From the NCBI GenBank assembly GCA_964348645.1, contig CAYGDK010000002.1:1-40888 (forward strand): DNA of 40,888 nucleotides, in the 5' to 3' direction. A model generated the notes under the pieces. That model ran no database searches, was not told the origin of the DNA, and saw only the letters and a program-made list of their open reading frames with translations. The stretch is from an uncultured Candidatus Saccharibacteria bacterium. Its GTDB lineage: Bacteria > Patescibacteriota > UBA1384 > 2-12-FULL-50-11. Of the stretch, positions 1-6,474 are shown piece after piece; within the stretch, counting starts at the first letter, position 1, and every line of letters begins with the position of its first letter. A program made the translations under genes and the position numbers.

Positions 1-55
1 ATAACATCAACTGATGGCCTTTGTGTAGCAACTACAAGGTGTATACCTACTGCTC
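1..55. repeat. Terminal overlap, copy 1 (identical to 40834-40888)
   Basis: ATAACATCAACTGATGGCCTTTGTGTAGCAACTACAAGGTGTATACCTACTGCTC is present at both ends; an ORF reads in frame across the junction. Confidence 0.95.
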
Positions 56-1730
56 TTGCTTTTTGTGCAAGTCTTACAATAGAGTTTTCAATACTTACAC
101 TCAACAGTTCTCCATCTTCGTTTTTAACACGATTAAGCATTAAGTCTGCAAGTTCATCAATAACTACTACTATGTATGGCATTGTTTTGTTTACGCTTGA
201 ATTGTAATCATCAATTGTTTTAACTCTGGCGGTTTTTAGTGTTGTGTATCTACTTTGCATTTCTTCAACAAGCCATCTTAATGAAGCTTCCGCGTCTTCT
301 GTCTCGGTTATAACCCTGTCAATTAAATGTGGTAGATTCTCATAATCCATAAATTCAGTTTGTTTTGGATCAATAAGTAATACTTGTAAATGTTCTGGGG
401 TCATTGCTTCTGTCAATGTTTTAATAACCACGTTCATAAATACTGACTTACCAGATCCAGTTGTACCACCAATTAATAAATGAGGTGCTTTGTTTAAACT
501 TATCTTTTGTGCTTTGCCGTAAACATTAACCCCTACTGGTATTTCAAGTTTTTCTTTTTCTACCAAAGACTTTGACCAATCTATTGTTCCCTGTTTTTTG
601 TTTGATACTTCTACTCCAACAAGTCCACTTTCTGGGATAGGTGCTTGGATTCTTACGCTTTTAGATTCAAGAGCAAGTGATAAATCTGGTTCGTATGCTT
701 TGAACTGGCTCATCTTAACACCCCTTGATGGCTTCATTGTGTAAAGTGTGACGTTTTGGCCTACAAATGTTTCTTTCATTTCTACTGCAACCCCAAACTC
801 TTGTAGTTTAATTCTAATTTTCTCTTCGTCTGATAGGTTAGTATTTGCCTCAATTTCACTATTAACATATTCAACTGATCTCATCTTTGTTAATGTTGTT
901 TTGTGCGAAACCTGTGGAATTGCTTTAAAGTCTATAACATCAGCCACAAAATCTTTCCAAGCTTCTTTGCCGTTCATGTAGTCACCAAAATTTGGTAGAT
1001 ACTTTTTCTCTGGGTTTGCGATTTCAGTTAATACCTCAGTATAGATTTTATACATATACTTTTTGTACTCTGGGTGTTTATCAAAAACAATCTCGTATGG
1101 TTGAATCTGTGGCTCTCCGCTTTTATTCTCAGATAATTTAACTTCTAAAAATGTCATTGAATATGGATCTCTACCAAACTTTGCTCTAATTGTAATGAAG
1201 TTCCACATTGCTTGGAGAATGTAATCTGGCTGTTCGTCGTCTTTGTCTGTGTGAAATCCTACAAACTTATAATCCCACATTTTTAAAAGATTATCTTTTT
1301 CACTAACAACGTCGGTTATTGCCTTAAGTGGAATAGGTAAAATCTCGTCTTCAAGTCCTTTGTCTGTTGTTACCATAACCTCAACACCTAAAACATTACC
1401 AAGATTTGGTTCTTCTTTTCTATAGTTGTTTACGCCTTTTGTATAATTTTTAAGCATTTGCTCACGAGTTCCAGTTTTTCCGTAATCAATATCAGCGTCT
1501 TTTAAAGTGTTTAAATAAGCAAGACCGACCTCTACACCCTTTTCAAAGTTTCCTGTCTTGTAATAGTGTTCCAATGCTTTGTGACACGCTTTACCTACTG
1601 TAGCTGTTGGAGAGTTCTTGTAATCAAAGATACCTAAAATATAGTTCTTGAAGAACTGTTGTTGGTTTGAACAAAATAAGCGTACTGATGAGTAGCTTAA
1701 ATGATCTAATGGTAATACAATATCAGTCAT
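1..1730 (-). CDS. PD-(D/E)XK (RecB/Cas4-like) exonuclease fused to an FtsK/SpoIIIE-type ATPase. This is the 5' part of a 636-aa ORF that leaves the left edge and resumes at 40833
   Basis: Absent from the ORF track because there is no stop in the window. Hand translation from ATG 1730-1728 gives MTDIVLPLDHLSYSSVRLF..GKACHKALEHYY..GVEVMV..ITDVV..MWDYKF..QAMWNF, then LLIGGTTGSGKS (Walker A), YIVVVIDELADL (Walker B) and VATQRPS. The start overlaps the recT stop (ATGACTGA). Confidence 0.85.
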   Translation of the reverse strand, partial: MTDIVLPLDHLSYSSVRLFCSNQQQFFKNYILGIFDYKNSPTATVGKACHKALEHYYKTGNFEKGVEVGLAYLNTLKDADIDYGKTGTREQMLKNYTKGVNNYRKEEPNLGNVLGVEVMVTTDKGLEDEILPIPLKAITDVVSEKDNLLKMWDYKFVGFHTDKDDEQPDYILQAMWNFITIRAKFGRDPYSMTFLEVKLSENKSGEPQIQPYEIVFDKHPEYKKYMYKIYTEVLTEIANPEKKYLPNFGDYMNGKEAWKDFVADVIDFKAIPQVSHKTTLTKMRSVEYVNSEIEANTNLSDEEKIRIKLQEFGVAVEMKETFVGQNVTLYTMKPSRGVKMSQFKAYEPDLSLALESKSVRIQAPIPESGLVGVEVSNKKQGTIDWSKSLVEKEKLEIPVGVNVYGKAQKISLNKAPHLLIGGTTGSGKSVFMNVVIKTLTEAMTPEHLQVLLIDPKQTEFMDYENLPHLIDRVITETEDAEASLRWLVEEMQSRYTTLKTARVKTIDDYNSSVNKTMPYIVVVIDELADLMLNRVKNEDGELLSVSIENSIVRLAQKARAVGIHLVVATQRPSVDV

Positions 1731-2475
1731 GTTTGGCAGTTTCTATAATTCCATCTTCGCCCTCTAAAATAGATTTCTCTTTTTTAACCTTTGGCTCGGT
1801 TGTTATTATATTCTTTTTGATTTTGTCTTTTTTAAGAAACTCGGATAATGATTTTTTTCTGTCTACTACTGGATCAACCAATACCGTGCCAGATTCTACT
1901 TTTTTAGTTTCCTCTTCAATTACTGGATAGTCTTCTGCGACTTCTTGTATGTCTGAGGCACTACCCATAACTTCTGGGATATAAGTCTTAATAAGTTTTG
2001 ATAATGCTAGGTATCTGAGTTTTAATTGTCTATTAACTCCCTCTCTCCAGCCAACTTTTAATTGACCAGTACTTGTTTTTGTATAACCAGATTTCTCAGC
2101 AGAATCAAACGAGGCGGTGTCTTCGTATTTCTCTTTATCTTTTCTAACTATTGCAGTTACGCTTCCACCACGATCAACTGATTCTTTGTATTCAATTCTC
2201 CAACCATGCTCTCTCACTCTTCTGGCCAGTGCTTGACCCCAGATATTTATCTGACCATTTACGATATAAAGTGATTTGACAGATTCAAGAGGTTTCATTC
2301 CCATTTCATAACCTGACTGCATTATCATTATTGCTTGTTGTGCGTTTGCAATGTTTTGAGGTAAAGCCTTTGATTCTATAAATGTTGTGGCCATATCTTT
2401 CATTTGACCCCAGACTTCTGGTGAAAAATATGTATCTTTAATTGTTGTTATTTCCGTAGATTTCGTAGCGTTCAT
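1723..2475 (-). CDS. recT: RecT/Redbeta-type single-strand annealing protein
   Basis: 250-aa ORF. ..GYEMGMKPLESVKSLYIVNGQINIWGQAL.. and ..RQLKLRYLALSKLIKTYIPEV.. resemble RecT-family motifs. Lies immediately upstream of the exonuclease domain. Confidence 0.75.
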   Translation of the reverse strand: MNATKSTEITTIKDTYFSPEVWGQMKDMATTFIESKALPQNIANAQQAIMIMQSGYEMGMKPLESVKSLYIVNGQINIWGQALARRVREHGWRIEYKESVDRGGSVTAIVRKDKEKYEDTASFDSAEKSGYTKTSTGQLKVGWREGVNRQLKLRYLALSKLIKTYIPEVMGSASDIQEVAEDYPVIEEETKKVESGTVLVDPVVDRKKSLSEFLKKDKIKKNIITTEPKVKKEKSILEGEDGIIETAKHD

Positions 2476-2479
2476 ATTT

Positions 2480-2647
2480 TTATCTTCCTAATTTCTTCAT
2501 TCTTCCAACTAAATAATAGATTCTTCCAACTGATAGATCATACTTTTGCATAATGTCTATCATTTCCATTTTGCCCTGTTGAAACAATTTATAGTCTTGA
2601 AACAATTCAAGATTTCTTTCTTTTTTCTCTCTGTCTATATCTCCCAT
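2480..2647 (-). CDS. Small helix-turn-helix-like protein (55 aa), possible regulator
   Basis: The track ORF 2480-2677 was trimmed to the internal ATG at 2647, because a TTGACA-16-TATAAT promoter lies inside the longer version. MEMIDIMQKYDLSVGRIYYLVGRM looks HTH-like. Confidence 0.5.
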   Translation of the reverse strand: MGDIDREKKERNLELFQDYKLFQQGKMEMIDIMQKYDLSVGRIYYLVGRMKKLGR

Positions 2648-2654
2648 GCTTTCA

Positions 2655-2682
2655 ATTATAGGCGTTATATACCCCATGTCAA
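2655..2682 (-). promoter_or_regulatory. Early promoter, family copy 1: TTGACA-N16-TATAAT, 7 nt from ATG 2647
   Basis: Minus strand reads CAGTTGACATGGGGTATATAACGCCTATAATTGAAAGCATG. About 50 nt are shared with the copies at 36844 and 39106. Confidence 0.55.
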
Positions 2683-2688
2683 CTGGTA

Positions 2689-2712
2689 TTTGCTATATCA
2701 AACACTAGCAAA
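2689..2712. promoter_or_regulatory. Inverted repeat TTTGCTA-N10-TAGCAAA between two divergent -35 boxes (operator candidate)
   Basis: 7-bp perfect arms at 2689-2695 and 2706-2712, flanked by the -35 boxes at 2677-2682 (minus) and 2714-2719 (plus). Confidence 0.3.
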
Positions 2713-2713
2713 A

Positions 2714-2742
2714 TTGCAGTAAACGGCCAAATACTCTATTAT
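2714..2742 (+). promoter_or_regulatory. Plus-strand promoter TTGCAG-N17-TATTAT upstream of tRNA-Thr
   Basis: -35 at 2714-2719, -10 at 2737-2742, about 15 nt before the tRNA 5' end. Same TTGCAG -35 as the tRNA-Asn promoter. Confidence 0.5.
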
Positions 2743-2757
2743 TAATATAGATTAAAC

Positions 2758-2830
2758 GCCTATTTAGCTCAGTTGGTAGAGCGTCAAATTTGTAATTTGA
2801 ATGTCGTGGGTTCAAACCCTACAATAGGCT
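2758..2830 (+). tRNA. tRNA-Thr(UGU): tRNA-Thr (anticodon TGT)
   Basis: Hand-folded cloverleaf: GCCTATT-TA-GCTC-AGTTGGTA-GAGC-G-TCAAA-TTTGTAA-TTTGA-ATGTC-GTGGG-TTCAAAC-CCTAC-AATAGGC-T. Confidence 0.9.
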
Positions 2831-2852
2831 CAAAGAAAACGGGGTGTAATTT

Positions 2853-3152
2853 ATGAATAACGAAGAATACAGACTATACATAGGTAATTTAGAATACAAT
2901 ACTACATCTTCCGACCTTACAACTTATTTGGAGGAAGCAGGAAAAGTGTTTAAGGTTGATATTATTCGCGATGGTCAAACAGGGAGAGCAAAAGGTTTTG
3001 CATTTGTTAACATGGAAAACAAAGAAAGTATAGACAAAGCAATTGAACTGTTTCACTTAAAAGAATTTCGCGGACGAAAACTTGTAGTATCAGAAGCAAA
3101 GACAAGAACTACTAATTATATTCCAAGTCCATCAAGAACTACTTTTAGGTAA
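2853..3152 (+). CDS. Single-RRM RNA-binding protein (99 aa)
   Basis: RNP-2 LYIGNL and RNP-1 KGFAFVNM at canonical spacing. GGGGTG SD-like box 8 nt upstream of the ATG. Confidence 0.9.
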   Translation: MNNEEYRLYIGNLEYNTTSSDLTTYLEEAGKVFKVDIIRDGQTGRAKGFAFVNMENKESIDKAIELFHLKEFRGRKLVVSEAKTRTTNYIPSPSRTTFR

Positions 3153-3317
3153 TTAACCAACAAACATTTGTTGACCCTCTGTGTAAACGACTGGAGGTTG
3201 AGAAAATTTTTTTTCGCGTTTAGACATGAAGACAGGAATATAGGAAAGTAAAGCTTTTGTTATTTCTTCTCCTGTACCATTTTTAATAATTTTTTTAATT
3301 TTTTTCTTTGTTATCAT
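3153..3317 (-). CDS. Possible 54-aa ORF (MITKKKIKKIIKNGTGEEIT..MFVG)
   Basis: Hand-translated and below the track cutoff. No motif. May be noise in the AT-rich spacer. Confidence 0.2.
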   Translation of the reverse strand: MITKKKIKKIIKNGTGEEITKALLSYIPVFMSKREKKFSQPPVVYTEGQQMFVG

Positions 3318-3319
3318 AT

Positions 3320-3646
3320 TGTTTTAAGTTGATCCCTATTGGGACTACGCACCTAACCCTAAAGGAAGAGTTAGTCTATGTTTTATAAACGGCAATCAAA
3401 TTTTTGTAAAGTGTCTTTTCTTTGCGTCGAGTACCACTAATACCAGCTACGGTTTTGATTGAAACCTTGAACTATCCCCATAGGGAAACGCCCATTGCCC
3501 TGCTCCCACCATCGGTTTTTCATGCAACGGAGATTTCCGTTGCTTGGCTTTCCGTTTGCCGTTTTATACTGGTCTGGTGGATCTGCCGATAAGGTAACCA
3601 GTTGCTTTGAAGTTGATAGATGTATATAATAGATTTTGCATATCTA
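3320..3646 (+). ncRNA. Candidate structured RNA (unclassified)
   Basis: No ORF of 60 aa or more in any frame across about 390 nt. About 48% GC over 3421-3600 by hand count. Helices: long-range TATAAACGGCA(3384-3394)/TGCCGTTTTATA(3557-3568); hairpins 3451-3466, 3525-3542 and 3568-3573/3597-3602. Followed by a plus-strand terminator. Confidence 0.45.
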
Positions 3647-3677
3647 ATACGGAGAATAAACCCTCCGTATTTTTTTT
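3647..3677 (+). terminator. Rho-independent terminator (plus strand)
   Basis: ATACGGAG-AATAAACC-CTCCGTAT followed by a T8 run. Confidence 0.7.
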
Positions 3678-3706
3678 GCAACTAAATCTTTAAACATCAA
3701 AACATA

Positions 3707-4234
3707 TCACTTCTTATGTTTGTTAATGTAAATCCAACCTTTAGAAACTGCATTTTGGGTTCGTTCTACTGCGGTTTCTTTCATTTCAACATCATGTTCT
3801 GTACTCCAGTAAATCTCCCCACGTTCTTTTAGGGGTGCACGTTTAATCATAACTTCTGCAATAGCATTTTTATTTCCTTTGCGATATTGTTTAAATCCAG
3901 CAACCATGTCTGGGTGAATAACAAAAGCCGAGTTGTCGTCAATTAAAGTTCCATCACATCTTTTGCCAACATGCTCACATTCAAAGACTGTTATTAAGTT
4001 TTCTGCGTCGTTACTTCCACCATTACCGTTTGGGTCAACACGATGAACTTGAAGCTTTGGGGCTCTCAACTTACTTATGCAACCGTCGCAGTTTCCACCA
4101 GTATAAAAACCTTTCTCTTCTGAATAGTGTCTCATTTGTGAAGTGTGGTTGTCTCTCTCTATTATCTTTTGTCGTTGCGTTGAGGTTAATCGCTCCACAC
4201 TATCCAGTTTGACAGCACGAGATTTTACAAACAA
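3707..4234 (-). CDS. HNH endonuclease
   Basis: LQVHRVDPNGNGGSNDAENLITVFECEH matches the H-N-H core. TTG start as given by the track. Confidence 0.8.
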   Translation of the reverse strand: MFVKSRAVKLDSVERLTSTQRQKIIERDNHTSQMRHYSEEKGFYTGGNCDGCISKLRAPKLQVHRVDPNGNGGSNDAENLITVFECEHVGKRCDGTLIDDNSAFVIHPDMVAGFKQYRKGNKNAIAEVMIKRAPLKERGEIYWSTEHDVEMKETAVERTQNAVSKGWIYINKHKK

Positions 4235-4309
4235 CTAGATATTAATGTATCATTATTCCACAGTAGACTTGATGAAACACCCAGCCGTGTCAATCTCGTC
4301 TACTTTTTT

Positions 4310-4435
4310 TTAGTTTAGTATTCCAAAACCTACTAACAGTAAAAGTATTCCTACTATTAATGTTACGGCCTTGTTTCCAATTCCTAACGTAGTTAGTATT
4401 ACTCCTGCCAAAACTATATTATTTAAATTCATCAT
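4310..4435 (-). CDS. 41-aa two-TM micro-protein at the end of the lysis cassette
   Basis: Hand translation MMNLNNIVLAGVILTTLGIGNKAVTLIVGILLLLVGFGILN. Confidence 0.4.
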   Translation of the reverse strand: MMNLNNIVLAGVILTTLGIGNKAVTLIVGILLLLVGFGILN

Positions 4436-4542
4436 ATCTCACCGCCTCTCAGAAATCCCCACTCCACACTTGGGTAGTGGAAGACTTGGATTGAAAAACC
4501 CTAGTTCCTAGCCTCCCAAAGTGCAGGGCGAGAAAAAAGAAC

Positions 4543-4776
4543 TTACAAACCAGTCAAACCGTTATTGTTTATAATACCCGTGTCTAGTTTGTGCAACATT
4601 TTGTCTATACCTGAAAGCAAAGCAATAACAAAAGCCATTGCCCACACTTGCCAAGTAAACTTTTGAGATTGTAAATCAAGAATAACTGTTGGAATTACAG
4701 CCATAATTGAAGTTCTTAAAAGCTCTTTTAATCCCTCCATAACTGCTGTTTTATTAAATTTTGTCATAATTCTCAC
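4543..4776 (-). CDS. Holin-like small membrane protein
   Basis: 77 aa with two hydrophobic segments. GTGA overlap with the M23 peptidase stop (alternative ATG at 4767). Confidence 0.55.
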   Translation of the reverse strand: MRIMTKFNKTAVMEGLKELLRTSIMAVIPTVILDLQSQKFTWQVWAMAFVIALLSGIDKMLHKLDTGIINNNGLTGL

Positions 4777-5687
4777 GCCCTCTCTGTAATTATTACCAAA
4801 CCACCAAAAGAAAGAACCTTAACATAGTCTTTATCTTGGTATTTGTATACAACTTTAATTTGTGAAGCGTCGATTGCTTCTTTAAGCTTTACCATCAATC
4901 CCTGAGCCTTACCCACAAGCTCTTCATTACTTGATCCGATGGTAACACCTAAAATTTCCTTTAAGGAATAAAGAGTATTTTTGTATTCCTCAATAGTTCT
5001 CTCCATAGCAACGTCGTTATCTTCTGCGTTCCAAGCTTCCAACCACTTAACTTTAGATCTACTATCGTTTTTAAGAAGATCATTAATCAAGTCAACTGTA
5101 TTTTCGTTCTTTTGAAGTCTAGCTTTTTTCTCATCATTGTTTGGATACTCGCCAGTTATTGCTTTGTAGGCGTCTATTATAATTTGTTCTTTGTTGTTTT
5201 CCATAGGTTTTGGTATTATCGGTTCTGTCTGATCCACAAATTCAACAACCAGCTTAACTTCTTTTTCGTCTCTATATTCAGTATGGCCATGAGCACCTGT
5301 GGAATTACCCGTACTTCCCATTTGTGCAACCGTCTGACCAGCCGAGACTTCTGTTCCAACAGGTAAAACCGATCCCTGTTTAAAGTGTGAACCCAATTGA
5401 TAAATAGTTTTTCCATCTACAGTTCCTTTGATTTTAATATAGTTTCCATAATCTGCTGTTAATAATGCTCTCGGTTTTATTTTACCTTTTGAATCTAATA
5501 CTTTGTAAGGGTCACTTTCTGTGTTGGCCAACCAGTTTCTAGTTTCGCTATTTTTAGATTGTACGACTTTACCAAAAATAGAAGATTTGTAATTTGTATC
5601 TGGCACGTCGTCGTGATCATAAGCATTGTACCCATGTGACTTTGGAGTACCTGTCTGCTTATTATTTGTAGGTTTTAATACCTTCAT
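4773..5687 (-). CDS. M23 (LytM-type) peptidase, probable endolysin
   Basis: GSTGNSTGAHGHTEY is the M23 HxH signature. Flanked by TM proteins. Confidence 0.85.
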   Translation of the reverse strand: MKVLKPTNNKQTGTPKSHGYNAYDHDDVPDTNYKSSIFGKVVQSKNSETRNWLANTESDPYKVLDSKGKIKPRALLTADYGNYIKIKGTVDGKTIYQLGSHFKQGSVLPVGTEVSAGQTVAQMGSTGNSTGAHGHTEYRDEKEVKLVVEFVDQTEPIIPKPMENNKEQIIIDAYKAITGEYPNNDEKKARLQKNENTVDLINDLLKNDSRSKVKWLEAWNAEDNDVAMERTIEEYKNTLYSLKEILGVTIGSSNEELVGKAQGLMVKLKEAIDASQIKVVYKYQDKDYVKVLSFGGLVIITERA

Positions 5688-6043
5688 GATCTATTTTCTT
5701 TGTTCTTTTTCATTATACTCTTGTCTGGCAACTCCATTGATTGCTTCCTCAAGCTTTCGCTTCTGAAAGTTCTAGTTGTTAGTCCAACTGGTATAAGTAT
5801 AAGCGGTAGCCAAGAAACTGCAAGTTTGTGAGCCAACGGGTCTGTTTCTAAAACTACTGGTAAAAATGCCAAGACAAAGAAGAAGATAGACATTGATAAA
5901 AACATCGTTTGTAGAGCCTTTATGATAGGCGTAGGCTTGTTATTCTTGTATCCCATGAGGTAGAGATAAGCTAGATTGGAGAACTCAATCCCTATCCAAA
6001 GATAGGTTACAACTCGTAACAGGGTTATCAAATTTAAAGTCAT
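5684..6043 (-). CDS. Multi-pass membrane protein (holin/pinholin candidate)
   Basis: 119 aa with three hydrophobic segments. ATGA overlaps on both sides. Confidence 0.6.
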   Translation of the reverse strand: MTLNLITLLRVVTYLWIGIEFSNLAYLYLMGYKNNKPTPIIKALQTMFLSMSIFFFVLAFLPVVLETDPLAHKLAVSWLPLILIPVGLTTRTFRSESLRKQSMELPDKSIMKKNKENRS

Positions 6044-6339
6044 GGTAGTGGTATAAATTTTAATGCTTTTTCAGCTCCAGCCAATATGACTAAAGCGGAA
6101 ATTGATATTAAAATTATATACGTCACTATCTTGTAAAACTTCTCGTTTCCATCTACGAGCTTTTTAATCACCTCTGCTCTGGCGTCGTCCTTGTTCATAT
6201 GAAGAACGTTTTGATCATTTATGTTGTTTAGGGCGTCTTTGACACCATTAAACGCTTCTGTATTCTTTAAAACCTGATCTGAAATTAATTTTTGGTTTTC
6301 AAAAACAAGGTCTAGTAGTCTTTCGTTTGTGTACTTCAT
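6040..6339 (-). CDS. C-terminally membrane-anchored protein (lysis accessory candidate)
   Basis: 99 aa with a single C-terminal TM segment, IVTYIILISISALVILAGA. Confidence 0.6.
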   Translation of the reverse strand: MKYTNERLLDLVFENQKLISDQVLKNTEAFNGVKDALNNINDQNVLHMNKDDARAEVIKKLVDGNEKFYKIVTYIILISISALVILAGAEKALKFIPLP

Positions 6340-6352
6340 ATGTCTATATCTA

Positions 6353-6361
6353 ACTATAGCA
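6353..6361 (-). promoter_or_regulatory. Extended -10 TGCTATAGT upstream of the lysis cassette
   Basis: Minus strand reads TTGCCA-N15-TGCTATAGT, 13 nt before ATG 6339. Confidence 0.35.
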
Positions 6362-6474
6362 CACTCACATATTTGGCAACCAGTACCTAGTTGAATTTGG
6401 GGCGAATACTGCTAGAAGAATTACTATTTTGAATATGAACTCTAACATTTCGGCAGTAAAGTCTATAATCTTGT

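Noticed and set aside
1-55. Reading the 55-bp end repeat as a biological direct terminal repeat
   Set aside because: It falls in the middle of a conserved FtsK motor domain and is exactly k-mer sized. A circular-assembly overlap is the simpler explanation, although only read data can settle it.
1685-1692. CTGATGAG, the hammerhead-ribozyme core box, on the plus strand
   Set aside because: No flanking stem II/GAAA/stem III complement is present. It lies antisense inside the exonuclease coding region.
3429-3449. Minus-strand GGTATTAGTGGTACTCGACGC resembles the T-box consensus AATTAGGGTGGTACCGCG
   Set aside because: No downstream terminator/antiterminator alternative, no specifier-loop or Stem I features, and no aminoacyl-tRNA-related gene downstream. 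The match is short and imperfect.
4437-4542. GC-richer 105-nt gap between the two small lysis-cassette TM genes, with hairpins CCACT..AGTGG and CTAG-GAA-CTAG followed by T5
   Set aside because: The stems are short and the T-run is weak. It may be a minor terminator or processing site, but the evidence is too thin to call a feature.
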